From positions 3,392,375 through 3,456,374 of the forward strand of contig OZ242003.1 of the NCBI GenBank assembly GCA_965204675.1: a DNA stretch of 64,000 nt, in the 5' to 3' direction. Below the pieces are notes generated by a model. It saw only the letters and a program-made list of their open reading frames with translations, was not told where the DNA came from and ran no database searches. The translations under genes and the position numbers were made by a program. This stretch comes from Vicinamibacterales bacterium (GTDB taxonomy: Bacteria; Acidobacteriota; Vicinamibacteria; Vicinamibacterales; UBA8438). The first letter of the stretch is position 1; every line of letters starts with the position of its first letter. Shown here in pieces: positions 24,838 through 35,027 of this stretch.

Positions 24838-27579
24838 ATGTGGACTCGCCTGCGGCTCTGGTTCGCCGCCCTTTCTCGGCGCACGCGATTCGAGCACCAG
24901 TTGGACGACGAGCTGGCGTTTCACATGCAGTCGCGCGCCGAGGAGTGGGAACGCCGAGGACTGTCGGCGGCGGCGGCGCGGCGGCGGGCACGGATCGAGT
25001 TCGGCAACGTCGAGCGCATCAAGGAAGAGACGCGGGACGTGCGGCTCGGTGCGTGGCTCGAGCTGCTCAGCCAGGATCTCCGGTACGGATTCCGCGTGCT
25101 GCGCTCCCATCCCGGCATGACGGCCGTCGGTGTCGCGTCGCTGGCCTTCGGCATGGCTGTCTGCATCTATTTCTTCTTGCGGCTCGATGCCGGGGTCCTG
25201 CGACCCCTCCCGGGAGCCCGCGATCCAGGTTCGCTGGTTGCCATCGACGCACGGTTGTCGTATCCGGCCTTCGAGCGCGTCAGGGAGGTGGACGATGTCG
25301 TCGAAGCGGTGACGGCCTACCTCGGGCCGGCGCCGTTGACCGTCGCCGTCGACCGCGAGTCGGGCGGCGGCGAACGCGTCTTCGGTCATCTCGTCTCGTC
25401 GGACTACTTCGAGGCGCTGGGCGTTGCCCCGGCCGCCGGCCGCCTCTTCACTCCCGGGACGGAACGGGTCGGCTCGGAGCCGGTGGTCGTCGTCAGCGAG
25501 CGCTTCTGGAGACGCCGGCTCGACGCCGATCCGGGCGCCGTGGGGCGGACCCTGCGGGTGAACGGCCAGAGCGTGACGCTGGCCGGCATAGCCGCGAACG
25601 GATTCCAAGGCGTGTTTCCGGTGAGTCCGGTGGAGATCTTCGTGCCCGTGACTGCGGGCGCCGAGCTGTTGCCGGAACTGGAAGGCGATGTCCTGTCGGA
25701 CCCCACCGCCCGGCGTTTCGAGGTGGTCGCACGGCTGGCGGGCGGGGTGTCGATGCAGACGGCCGAAGCGGCACTCGACACGGCGGTCCGTGCGCAGGAG
25801 CCGCGGCTCGACGTCGACGAGAGCCGCCGTGAGGGCCCGCGGGTGCGGCTGCTTCCGGCGGGCCGCGCGGCTCGGGTGCCACCGGCGGAGCTACGACTCA
25901 TGCTCGGCGTCAACGGGCTGCTCGTCGGACTCGTGCTCTCGCTGGCCTGCGCGAACCTGGCCGGGCTGCTGTTGGCGCGCGCCGGGAAGCGGCGGCGGGA
26001 GATGGCCGTTCGCTTCGCGCTGGGCGCCAGCCGCCGGCGGCTGGTCCGGCAATTGCTGACCGAGAGCGTGCTGCTGGCGCTGGGCGGCGCCGCGGCCGGG
26101 CTCGTCTTCTCCTACTGGCTCAATTCCGTCGTCGAGTCGGTGGGTGCGGCGGCCCCGTTCCCGATCGAGACCGATCTGCGCGCCGGCCCGACGTTGTGGC
26201 TCTTCGTGATGTCGCTGGCCGTACTGACCGGGACAGGGCTCGGACTGGCGCCGGCCCTCGCGGCGACCCGCGGGGCGCGCGACGGCGTCACCCGATCCTT
26301 GCAGGGGGGACCACCGTCAGCGTTGGTCCGCTATCGCCGGTTCGGTGTCAGGAACCTGTTCGTCGCGTATCAGGTAGCCGTGGCCGTCTTGCTTCTGCTC
26401 ACCATCGGCCAGTTGGCCGTCGGCTACCAGCGGTTCAGCGGCATCGACGCCGGGTTCGACACCGCCGACCTGACGCTGTTCACCGTGGATCCGGGGCGCG
26501 ACGGCTATACGCCCGCGCAGTCGGCGGCGCTGCTCGACAGGTTGTCGGGCCAGCTCGCGGCTCTTCCCGAAGTGCGGTCCGCGGCGTTGGCCGAGCGCGC
26601 CCCGGTGGGGGCCGCGGTAGGTCTCGGCGTGTCATCCGACGTCCGCGTATCGACATCGACCGCACAGGCCGACGCGCCGCGCACGTATCATTCCATCGCG
26701 TTGGAACACGTCGGCGTGCGCTACTTCGAAACACTGGGCGTTCCCGTCGTCCGCGGCCGGGCGTTCACGGAGCGCGACCTTGCCGCCGGCGCCCTCGGCG
26801 GGGGCGCGCGTGCCGCGGAGACGGCTGTTGTCATCAATCGGACGGCCGAGCAGCAGATCTTCGGGCCCGACGAGGCGATTGGACGCAGGCTGCGGACGGA
26901 CGACGATGACGGAGACTACGTCGTGGTCGGTGTCGTACGCGACATCAGGCCCGCTTTTCTCGCCGCGAACGCGGTGGCGACGGCGTTCGCGCCCATCTCG
27001 GCGGCAGGCGGCCGCGCCTCGAGCCCAGAGACGACGGTGCTGGTCCGTGGCATGTCCGGTGGCGGCGCGATGGCCGCCGTCCGCGGCGATCTGACGCGGA
27101 CTCATCCGCGGCTCACCATCTTCGACGCCCGCACGATGGACGAGCACCTGGAGCGGTTCGAACGCTTGATCCGGATGGGTGTCGGCCAGCTCGCGGGGCT
27201 GAGCCTGTTCGGCCTCGTCCTCGCCGCGATCGGCCTGGCCGGCGTGACATCCTACGCCGTCACCCGCCGGCGCACCGAGATCGGCATCCGATTGGCGCTC
27301 GGCGCGCGGCGGTCCCACGTGCTGTGGCTCGTCCTCAGGGAGAGTACGTTCCTGGTAGTCGCCGGCGCGCTTCTCGGCGCGACGGGGGCGTTTGCGCTGT
27401 CTCGTGTGCTCTCGGCTCTTGCCGCCGATCTCGCGCAGATCCTGGCTACCGTCATCGGGGATCCGGTGATGACCATCGGTGGGCCGATGTTGCTCGCCGC
27501 GGCAGCGTTGGTCGCGAGCGCGGTGCCCGCCTGGCGGTCGGTACGGATCGACCCGACGTCGACCTTGCGGGCGGAGTAG
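24838..27579 (+). CDS. Duplicated FtsX/MacB-type permease (ADOP family)
   Basis: N-terminal leader MWTRLRLWF...FEHQLDDELAFHMQ...GNVERIKEETRDVR, then two MacB_PCD/FtsX halves. It starts 5 nt after padR. Confidence 0.85.
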   Translation: MWTRLRLWFAALSRRTRFEHQLDDELAFHMQSRAEEWERRGLSAAAARRRARIEFGNVERIKEETRDVRLGAWLELLSQDLRYGFRVLRSHPGMTAVGVASLAFGMAVCIYFFLRLDAGVLRPLPGARDPGSLVAIDARLSYPAFERVREVDDVVEAVTAYLGPAPLTVAVDRESGGGERVFGHLVSSDYFEALGVAPAAGRLFTPGTERVGSEPVVVVSERFWRRRLDADPGAVGRTLRVNGQSVTLAGIAANGFQGVFPVSPVEIFVPVTAGAELLPELEGDVLSDPTARRFEVVARLAGGVSMQTAEAALDTAVRAQEPRLDVDESRREGPRVRLLPAGRAARVPPAELRLMLGVNGLLVGLVLSLACANLAGLLLARAGKRRREMAVRFALGASRRRLVRQLLTESVLLALGGAAAGLVFSYWLNSVVESVGAAAPFPIETDLRAGPTLWLFVMSLAVLTGTGLGLAPALAATRGARDGVTRSLQGGPPSALVRYRRFGVRNLFVAYQVAVAVLLLLTIGQLAVGYQRFSGIDAGFDTADLTLFTVDPGRDGYTPAQSAALLDRLSGQLAALPEVRSAALAERAPVGAAVGLGVSSDVRVSTSTAQADAPRTYHSIALEHVGVRYFETLGVPVVRGRAFTERDLAAGALGGGARAAETAVVINRTAEQQIFGPDEAIGRRLRTDDDDGDYVVVGVVRDIRPAFLAANAVATAFAPISAAGGRASSPETTVLVRGMSGGGAMAAVRGDLTRTHPRLTIFDARTMDEHLERFERLIRMGVGQLAGLSLFGLVLAAIGLAGVTSYAVTRRRTEIGIRLALGARRSHVLWLVLRESTFLVVAGALLGATGAFALSRVLSALAADLAQILATVIGDPVMTIGGPMLLAAAALVASAVPAWRSVRIDPTSTLRAE

Positions 27580-27833
27580 CCGGCGGGCAGCCACCGTGAG
27601 CCGGGCACGATCGACATCACGGTCGGTGGAGATCCGGTCAACCTCCAGCGGTTTGAGGTCGCGGTTCGGGGAATCGTCCACTTCGCCACACTTCGCCTCG
27701 GGATCGCTGCTGTCGTCGCGGACGGCTTCGCGTCGGTCGGAGGAACGCCATGAGGCATGGATCACTGGTCGGGAGACACAGAGAAATCCAGAAACCAGGG
27801 CCTCATGAACTCCGTTGACGACGGGAGACGCAG

Positions 27834-29471
27834 ATGCGCATTGGACGACTGCTCGTGACGATGCCCATGACCCTCGCACTGATGGGCGCGCACGCTCCCG
27901 GGCGCGCCCAACCACGGGCCCTGCCGCCCGCTCTGGCTTTGGCCCCGCCCCGGGCCGCCACAGCGACGGTTGGCGTCATCCTGCCTCAGGCGGACCTGCA
28001 GCCGCCCCGCCCGTCGCGCCGCCTGACCGTCGACGAGGCGGTGACGCTGGCCCTCGAGCAGAACCTCGACCTGCGCGTCGAGCGCATCGACCCGCTGATT
28101 CAGGACACGCTCGTTGCCGACGCGCGGTCGGTGTACGCCCCCACCCTCTTCACGAACATCATGGGCGACGACCGGGACAGCCCCGCCGGTACCATCTTCG
28201 ACGGCGGCGACGTGGTGACCGACCGCTTCCTGCGGGACAGCGCGGGCGTGGTGCAGCAGGTGCCCTGGCTGGGGGGGCAGTACTCGGCGCAGTGGAGCGG
28301 CCAGCGATTCGCCACGACGAACATCTACTCGACGTTCAACCCCCGTCTGACCTCCGACCTGAGCTTGAGCTACACCCAGCCGCTGGTGCGCGACTTCGGC
28401 ATCGACGCCTTCCGCCATCAGATCGCCGTCAGCCGTGCCAACCGCGACCTCTCCGACATCGACCTCCGGCGCGCCGTCGTCTCGACCGAGCGCACCGTCC
28501 GCAACGCCTACTGGCAACTCGTGTTCGCCCGCTCGTTCCTCGACGTGCAGCGTCAGTCGCTGGCCCTCGCAGAGGAGTCCCTGCGCAACAACCGCAGACG
28601 GGTCGAGGTCGGCACCATGGCCCCGATCGACATCGTCGAGGCCGAGAACGAGGTCGCGCGGAACATCGAGGCGGTGATCCGGGCCGAGGCGGACCTCGAG
28701 CGCGCCGAGGACCAGTTGCGGACCCTGGTGTTCGACCCCGACACCCCCGACTTCTGGTCGATGAGCCTCCAGCCCACCGACAGCCCGGTGCTCGAGGCGC
28801 GGGAGATCGACGTCGACGCCGCCGTCCGCCATGCCCTCCTGAACCGGACCGACCTCGACACCCTCGACAAGAACCTGGAGAGGGCCGACACGGACATCCG
28901 GTACTTCCGCAACCAGCAACTGCCCGACGTGAACCTGCAGGTCGACTACGGGCTCACGGGCCAGGCCGGGGAGCGGCTGCTCCGGACCGACGGGCTCCTC
29001 GGCACCGTCGTGGGCCGGGAGCAGAGGTCGTTTGGCAACGCCCTCGGCGACATCTTCGCGAACGAGTTCCCGAACTGGACGGTGCAGGTCAATGTCTCCT
29101 ACACGCTCGGCACCAGCACGGCCGACGCCAACCTCGAGCGCTCCCGGCTCGAGCGGTCGCGGAGCGAGGCGAGTCGCCGCAGTCTCGAGCTGCGCATCGC
29201 CACCGAGGTGCGGGACGCGGCCCGGAGCGTGCGCACCAATCTGCAGCGGGTCGAGGCGACTCGCGCCTCGCGGGAGCTCGCGGAGCGCCGCCTCGCGGCC
29301 GAGCAGCGCAAGTTCGAGGTGGGCCTGTCCACCAACTTCCTTGTGTTCCAGGCCCAGCGGGATCTCGCGACGGCGCGCAACACCGAGCAGCAGGCCATTC
29401 TCGACTACATCCGGTCGCTGGTGGACTTCGACGCGGTGCAGGAGATTCCCCTCGGCGGGGTGATTCCGTAG
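27834..29471 (+). CDS. TolC-family outer-membrane efflux protein
   Basis: Signal peptide, LTVDEAVTLALEQNLDL, and two repeated coiled-coil/beta halves (VEVGTMAPIDIVEAE; FEVGLSTNFLVFQAQRDL). Confidence 0.85.
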   Translation: MRIGRLLVTMPMTLALMGAHAPGRAQPRALPPALALAPPRAATATVGVILPQADLQPPRPSRRLTVDEAVTLALEQNLDLRVERIDPLIQDTLVADARSVYAPTLFTNIMGDDRDSPAGTIFDGGDVVTDRFLRDSAGVVQQVPWLGGQYSAQWSGQRFATTNIYSTFNPRLTSDLSLSYTQPLVRDFGIDAFRHQIAVSRANRDLSDIDLRRAVVSTERTVRNAYWQLVFARSFLDVQRQSLALAEESLRNNRRRVEVGTMAPIDIVEAENEVARNIEAVIRAEADLERAEDQLRTLVFDPDTPDFWSMSLQPTDSPVLEAREIDVDAAVRHALLNRTDLDTLDKNLERADTDIRYFRNQQLPDVNLQVDYGLTGQAGERLLRTDGLLGTVVGREQRSFGNALGDIFANEFPNWTVQVNVSYTLGTSTADANLERSRLERSRSEASRRSLELRIATEVRDAARSVRTNLQRVEATRASRELAERRLAAEQRKFEVGLSTNFLVFQAQRDLATARNTEQQAILDYIRSLVDFDAVQEIPLGGVIP

Positions 29472-29609
29472 TCGAAGCTCCACGACGGACGGCGGACACG
29501 GTGACGGTCGCCGAGATCGAGCGTATCCTGATCTGAACGGGGGCCGCCCGCCGCACGGGCGGCCCCGCGGTCTGCGGGCGCCCTCGGACGGCGCCGGGGA
29601 GTTGCGATC

Positions 29610-31772
29610 ATGTCGAGGGGAGCTCGAGTCGGCGCCGCGGCGGCGGGGATCCGAGTGGCGGTGGCCGGGCTGATCGTGGCCGGCGGCTCCTTCGGCGAAC
29701 CGGGTATCCGGTCGGTGAGCGTGGTTGAGGCGATGCAGGCCCCGGGCGCGGAGGGTTCCTTCACAGCGGAGCAGGCCGCCGCCGGGTGGACAGTGTACGC
29801 GCGGCAGTGCGGCGAGTGCCACGGGGAGGGGCTGGACGGGGCGGAGGCGCCGGCCCTGCGCGGGGTCGACTTCCTGAACGGCTGGGCCGGGCAGACGACG
29901 GACGAGCTGTTCGCGTACGTGCGCGACGAGATGCCCCCCGGCCTCGGGGGATCGCTCAGCAGCCAGGTCTACCTGGACCTGGTCGCGTACATCCTCGACG
30001 CGAACGGCGCCCAGCCCGGCGATGCGCCGCTGACCGCCGACGCTGCGATAGCGATAGGCGATGCGGCCAACGTCGACGAGGCGCGGCGCGCGGCCGAGGC
30101 CGGCGAGGCGCCGCGGCGACGGCCGACTCGGTTCGTCAACCGGGAGGTGCCCCGCGATTTGACCCCGGTCACCGACGCGCTGCTCGCGGACCCGCCGCCC
30201 GGCGACTGGCTGAGCTGGCGGCGGACGCGCGACAGCCACGGCTACAGCCCCCTCGACCGGATCACGCGCGACAACGTCGACGAGCTGCGGCTGGCCTGGG
30301 TGCTCGCGATCCGCGAGGGCAACAACCAGACGACGCCGCTGGTGCACGACGGGGTGATGTTCCTCGCGAGTCCGGGGAACGTCGTGCAGGCGATAGACGC
30401 GGTCACCGGCGACGTCATCTGGCAGTATCGATGGCCGCTGCCGGACGATGCGCCCCAGCGGGCGGCGACCCGCACCCTCGCCCTCTATGGCGACAAGGTC
30501 TACCTCGCCACCCACGACGCGGCCCTCGTCGCCCTCGACGCGCGCACCGGTGCCGAGGCGTGGCGCGCCGTGAAGGCCGACTACACGCAGGGCTTCCGCC
30601 AGAACTCCGGCCCCGTCATCGCCGAGGGCGTCGTCATCAGCGGCATGAACGGGTGCAATCGCTACAAGGAGCAGACCTGCTTCATCACCGGGCACGATCC
30701 CGACACCGGCGAAGAGCTGTGGCGGACGTCGACCATCGCGCTGCCCGGCGACCCGAACGACGCGTCGTGGGGCGACACGCCGCCGTACCTGCGCGCGGGC
30801 GGCGACTCGTGGATCCCGGGCAGCTACGACCCGGGCCTCGGTCTCTTCTACATCGGCACCGCCCAGGCCAAGCCGTGGGTGGCGGCGAGCCGCGGCATGA
30901 CCACCCGGCAGGACGCGCTCTACACCAACTCGACGCTGGCCCTGAACCCGCGGACCGGGCAGGTCGAGTGGTACTTCCAACACGCGCCGGGCGAGACCCT
31001 CGACCTCGACATCGTGTACGAGCGGGTGCTCGTCGACGCCGACGGCGAGCGGTGGCTGTTCACGATCGGCAAGGACGGCATCCTCTGGAAGCTCGACCGG
31101 CGGACGGGGGCGCTGGTCGACCTGCGGGAGACGGTCTACCAGGACGTCTTCGAGTCGATCGACCGGACCACCGGCGAGCTGACCTACCGGCCGGACATCC
31201 GTAATGCCGACGTCGGCGACCGGGTGCCCGCCTGCCCCAGCCTGCTCGGGGGGCACAACTGGCAGGCGTCGGCGTACCACCCCGGGGCCGGCGCCCTCGT
31301 GATTCCCCTCCACCAGGCGTGTATGTACCTGACCGGCCGGCAGGTGGACTTCGTGGAGGGCGGCGGGGGACCGGCGGGCCGGTCCGAGTTCCGCGAGATG
31401 CCCGGGTCGAACGGGAACGTGGGGAAGCTGGCGGCCTACGACGTGCGGACGATGGAGGAGCGGTGGAGCCGCGAGCAGCGGGCCCCGTTCCTGACGTCGA
31501 CGCTGACGACGGCGGGGGGCCTGGTCTTCGCGGGCGACGCCGACCGCTACTACCGGGCGTTCGACGTCGAGACGGGGGAGGTCCTCTGGGAGACCCGCCT
31601 CGGCGCCGCCGCCCATGGCTATCCGATCACCTACGAGGCGGGCGGGCGTCAGTTCCTCGCCGTCCCCGCCTCGCTGGGGGGCGCGTTCCGGGGCCTCACC
31701 GCGCAGCTCACGCCGGAGCTCTTCCAGCCGGAGGGGGGCAACGCGCTCTACGTCTTCGCCCTGCCGGAGTGA
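29610..31772 (+). CDS. Quinohemoprotein-like PQQ dehydrogenase with N-terminal cytochrome c domain
   Basis: CGECH at residue ~68, then a linker, then [20 protein letters not shown] and [11 protein letters not shown] with the propeller running to the C-terminus. Confidence 0.8.
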   Translation: MSRGARVGAAAAGIRVAVAGLIVAGGSFGEPGIRSVSVVEAMQAPGAEGSFTAEQAAAGWTVYARQCGECHGEGLDGAEAPALRGVDFLNGWAGQTTDELFAYVRDEMPPGLGGSLSSQVYLDLVAYILDANGAQPGDAPLTADAAIAIGDAANVDEARRAAEAGEAPRRRPTRFVNREVPRDLTPVTDALLADPPPGDWLSWRRTRDSHGYSPLDRITRDNVDELRLAWVLAIREGNNQTTPLVHDGVMFLASPGNVVQAIDAVTGDVIWQYRWPLPDDAPQRAATRTLALYGDKVYLATHDAALVALDARTGAEAWRAVKADYTQGFRQNSGPVIAEGVVISGMNGCNRYKEQTCFITGHDPDTGEELWRTSTIALPGDPNDASWGDTPPYLRAGGDSWIPGSYDPGLGLFYIGTAQAKPWVAASRGMTTRQDALYTNSTLALNPRTGQVEWYFQHAPGETLDLDIVYERVLVDADGERWLFTIGKDGILWKLDRRTGALVDLRETVYQDVFESIDRTTGELTYRPDIRNADVGDRVPACPSLLGGHNWQASAYHPGAGALVIPLHQACMYLTGRQVDFVEGGGGPAGRSEFREMPGSNGNVGKLAAYDVRTMEERWSREQRAPFLTSTLTTAGGLVFAGDADRYYRAFDVETGEVLWETRLGAAAHGYPITYEAGGRQFLAVPASLGGAFRGLTAQLTPELFQPEGGNALYVFALPE

Positions 31773-31808
31773 CGGGGCGCACGACGTCGGCGGGGTGCGC
31801 CTCTCCCT

Positions 31809-32054
31809 TCAGTCCGCGAAGAACGCGCGCCGCAGCTCGACGGACGGCGCCAGACGCATGGCCTTCCGATAGATGGCGTGCAGGGTGCCAGTCGCGAGGC
31901 TCCTGTGCAGGGGAACGACCAGGACCTGCCGCTCGCCGCCGGGAGCGATTCGCACCAGCTTGGCATGGCTGCCCTTCTGTCCAGAGACGGCGAAGCCGAA
32001 CCGGTGGAGGATGCGCAGCACTTCGCCGGACGAGAGCCGCCGCAGACGCGGCAT
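31809..32054 (-). CDS. hicA: HicA-family mRNA interferase toxin
   Basis: SSGEVLRILHRFGF...QKGSHAKL...VVPLHRSLATGTLHAIYRKA. The start overlaps the hicB stop. Confidence 0.8.
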   Translation of the reverse strand: MPRLRRLSSGEVLRILHRFGFAVSGQKGSHAKLVRIAPGGERQVLVVPLHRSLATGTLHAIYRKAMRLAPSVELRRAFFAD

Positions 32055-32629
32055 CACGTTCCGAGGAGAGCCGTTTCGTAGCTCACCGACAGCCGCGGCG
32101 CGGGCGACAGGCCCAGCCGTGCGGGGTCCTCGCCCTCCATGTGCAGCGCCAGCGCCTCGCGAAGGTTCTCGAGCAACTCATCGAACGATCGTGCCTGGGT
32201 GACTACGGCGAGTTCCAGGCACTCTGCGACGTACCATCCCTCGCTCTCCGTCACCACCGCATGCACGGCTTCGCGAGTCTCGACTTCCTGTGCACCGTAG
32301 GCGGACGCGGTCTCCGCAACCCGGGAAACGGCGGAGCGTTGCGCGCGGGCGGAACGGATGGTGGCCGACGCCGCCGGGCGCTCGCGGAACGCGGGCTCGA
32401 TCTCGTAGAGGCCGCGGGCCACGCGGCGGAAGTACGGCCACCGCCGGGCATGATGCTCGGGCGCATTCACGCAGCATCGCCCGGTGACTTCCGTTCGCAC
32501 GGTAGCCTCGTTCACACCGGGCAACGACCGTACGATCTCCGCGGGCGTGAACGTCCAGTCGTCCCTGGTTTCGCAGAGACCCTGCGCAGCGGCGAGCACC
32601 TGCTTCTGGACCGAGTGCTTCTGCGTCAT
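32054..32629 (-). CDS. hicB: HicB-like antitoxin with ~95-aa N-terminal extra domain
   Basis: The C-terminal half (HAVVTESEGWYVAECLELAVVTQARSFDELLENLREALALHME) is HicB/UPF0150-like. The N-terminal half has no motif I recognise. Confidence 0.65.
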   Translation of the reverse strand: MTQKHSVQKQVLAAAQGLCETRDDWTFTPAEIVRSLPGVNEATVRTEVTGRCCVNAPEHHARRWPYFRRVARGLYEIEPAFRERPAASATIRSARAQRSAVSRVAETASAYGAQEVETREAVHAVVTESEGWYVAECLELAVVTQARSFDELLENLREALALHMEGEDPARLGLSPAPRLSVSYETALLGT

Positions 32630-32654
32630 GGCTTCTTCTGCGCCTCGACAACCG

Positions 32655-32686
32655 CTATTTTCACTTGGTAAATATAATTGTCAAGT
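32655..32686 (-). promoter_or_regulatory. Candidate hicBA promoter and inverted-repeat operator
   Basis: AT-rich island. On the minus strand: TTGACA (32683-32678), a 17-nt spacer, then AAAATA (32660-32655). Inverted repeat CACTTG-N14-CAAGTG spans 32661-32686. Confidence 0.4.
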
Positions 32687-32798
32687 GTAAATCGAGCCCG
32701 ACGGCGCGACGGGATGCTCTTGCGGACATGGCCAGCCGGAACCCGTCTTCCGCGTAGGGCCGAACTGGGTCACTGCACGGTGAGGGGCCTGCACACTG

Positions 32799-33818
32799 AT
32801 GACGCCCATACTGACGTTCTTCAACAACAGGAGCGGCGTGGGGAAGACGTCGCTGGTCTACCACGCGGCATGGATGCTGTCGGAGCTGGAACGGACGGTG
32901 CTGGTCGTCGATCTCGATCCGCAGGCCAATCTCACGGCCGCGTTCCTCGACGAGGACACGCTCGCCGAACTCTGGAACGACCAGGCGTCCTCCTCCGGCA
33001 GGACGATCCACCGATGCGTAGCGCCGCTCACCCGGGTCGGGGAAGTGAGAGATCCGGAGTTGCGACGACCCTCGGACCGGCTCTACCTGCTGCCCGGCGA
33101 CCTGGCGCTGTTCGGCTTCGAGGAACTGCTGTCCACGGAATGGCCCAACTGCCTGGGAAGCAGGAATCGGCACCGCGCGTTTCGCGTGACTACCGCGTTC
33201 TGGCAGGTCATGCGGAAGGGCGCCGCGAAGTCCGGCGCAGACATCGTGCTCGTCGACGTCGGACCCAGCCTGGGAGCCATCAACCGTTCAGCCCTGATAG
33301 CCACGGACTTCGTCGCAGTGCCGCTGGCCGCTGACCTGCCTTCCTGGCGGGGATTGCGCAGCCTGGGTCCGACCTTGCGCCGATGGCGGATCGAATGGAA
33401 GCAGCGGCACGATCACTGGGCCGAGCCCGATTTCGACCTGCCGGCCGGCAACATGCAGCCAATTGGCTACCTGATTCAGCGGCATGGAGTCCGACTGAGC
33501 CGTCCGGTGGAGGCCGAGGACCGGTGGGCAAGGCAGGTACCGGCCGAGTACTCCCGCAACGTGCTGGACGACGAGACTTCCGCAGTTGCGCTGGATCCGC
33601 AAGCCGACGAGCATTGCGTCGCCACCATGAAGCGCTACCGCGGCGTCGTTCACCTCGCACGGGACGCGCGCAAGCCGATCTTCTCTCTGTCCGCAGGAGA
33701 CGGCGCCCTCGGCAGTCATGCTGTCGCCGCTCGCGACGCGTTCCGCGACTACAGGACGCTCGTCGAGAACCTGCTTCTGCGGACGCACGCCGCGTCGGCT
33801 GCGGTGGAACCGAGTTGA
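32799..33818 (+). CDS. ParA/MinD-like P-loop ATPase (orphan)
   Basis: ILTFFNNRSGVGKTSL (deviant Walker A lacking the signature Lys), VLVVDLDPQANLT and IVLVDVGPSLG. Confidence 0.7.
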   Translation: MTPILTFFNNRSGVGKTSLVYHAAWMLSELERTVLVVDLDPQANLTAAFLDEDTLAELWNDQASSSGRTIHRCVAPLTRVGEVRDPELRRPSDRLYLLPGDLALFGFEELLSTEWPNCLGSRNRHRAFRVTTAFWQVMRKGAAKSGADIVLVDVGPSLGAINRSALIATDFVAVPLAADLPSWRGLRSLGPTLRRWRIEWKQRHDHWAEPDFDLPAGNMQPIGYLIQRHGVRLSRPVEAEDRWARQVPAEYSRNVLDDETSAVALDPQADEHCVATMKRYRGVVHLARDARKPIFSLSAGDGALGSHAVAARDAFRDYRTLVENLLLRTHAASAAVEPS

Positions 33819-33920
33819 TGAGACCGGGCCGGCGGATGTCCCGCCCGCGGCCTTCGGTGTGCCGCAATTGGACCCGGTCCCGGACGGGCGTTTGCGCCGT
33901 CCGGGACCCGGGCGTATCGA

Positions 33921-34997
33921 CTACTGCTCGCGCAGGACGTACTTCACGAGCTGCCGCGGGCCGACCTCGGCGCCGTAGACGTTGCCCTCGGCGTCCACCG
34001 CCACGCCCTCGGCCGCGGTGGTGCCCCGCGGAACGGGGTCGGGGTCGGGGATGAAGAACCGGACGTGGCCGGTCGCCGCGTTCCCGATGCGGATGCCGCG
34101 CCGCCAGCCCGGGTTCGACGTGGGGCTCGACTCCGAGTCGGCGCCGTAGATGTTGTCGTCGGCGTCGATGTAGATGCCGCTGAGGCGGCTGAACTGCTTC
34201 CACTGGTCGATGTAGTTGCCGTCCTGGTCGAAGATCTGGATGCGCACGTTGCCGCGGTCGGCGACGTAGAGGCGGCCGCGCGAGTCCATGGCGAGGCCGT
34301 GCGGAGTGCGGAACTGTCCCGGCGCGGTGCCGATGCCGCCCCACGACTTGATGAAGTTGCCCTGACGGTCGAACTTGACGACGCGGGCGACGGTGTCCCA
34401 GGTCGCCCCCGCGCCCTGGCCGCTGTGGCCCTCGGCGACGAAGATGTCGCCGTTCGGGGCGACGTGCACATCGTTCGGCTCGTTGAGGAGCGGCCCCGCC
34501 CCGTCGCCGCCGACGCCGGGCCGGCCCAGGGTCATGAGGAGCTCGCCGTCGGGACTGAACTTGAACACGGCGTGCCCCTTGCCCTCGTAGGCGGGGCCGC
34601 GCCCGCGGGGGCCCTGCGCGTCGGTCAGCCAGACGTTGCCCTGCCGGTCGACGTGGATGCCGTGGGGGAAGATGAACATCCCGCCCCCGAAGCTCTTCAC
34701 CAGGTTGCCGTCCTTGTCGAACTTGAGGATGGGGTCGAGGTCCGACTCGGCGCAACTGTTCGTCCCGCACCGCTCGCCGACCCAGATCGACGTGCCGTCG
34801 ATGTCGATGTCGACGGCGCTGGTCGAGCCCCAGGTGCGCCCCTCGGGCAGATTGAAGTGGTCGTTGATGGTCTCGTAGGGGTTGGGGTGGTCGTTGGTCG
34901 GTCCGGTGACCGGTTGCGCGGGGGCTTGCCCCGCCGCCGAGAGAATCGCCGCCGCGACCACCGCCAACGCCGTGCGCATGCCTGCTCGGTACTTCAT
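33921..34997 (-). CDS. Secreted NHL-repeat beta-propeller (peptidylglycine amidating-lyase-like)
   Basis: Signal peptide. Repeated motifs: PHGIHVDRQGNVWLTD, PNDVHVAPNGDIFVAEG, PHGLAMDSRGRLYVADRGN.RIQIFD. Confidence 0.75.
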   Translation of the reverse strand: MKYRAGMRTALAVVAAAILSAAGQAPAQPVTGPTNDHPNPYETINDHFNLPEGRTWGSTSAVDIDIDGTSIWVGERCGTNSCAESDLDPILKFDKDGNLVKSFGGGMFIFPHGIHVDRQGNVWLTDAQGPRGRGPAYEGKGHAVFKFSPDGELLMTLGRPGVGGDGAGPLLNEPNDVHVAPNGDIFVAEGHSGQGAGATWDTVARVVKFDRQGNFIKSWGGIGTAPGQFRTPHGLAMDSRGRLYVADRGNVRIQIFDQDGNYIDQWKQFSRLSGIYIDADDNIYGADSESSPTSNPGWRRGIRIGNAATGHVRFFIPDPDPVPRGTTAAEGVAVDAEGNVYGAEVGPRQLVKYVLREQ

Positions 34998-35027
34998 CTG
35001 AAGGTTCCTTCCTGTGTGTGCGTGTCT

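Noticed and set aside
27762-31616. 1284-aa ORF on the minus strand
   Set aside because: Antisense to the TolC and PQQ-dehydrogenase genes. Its composition is typical of high-GC shadow ORFs.
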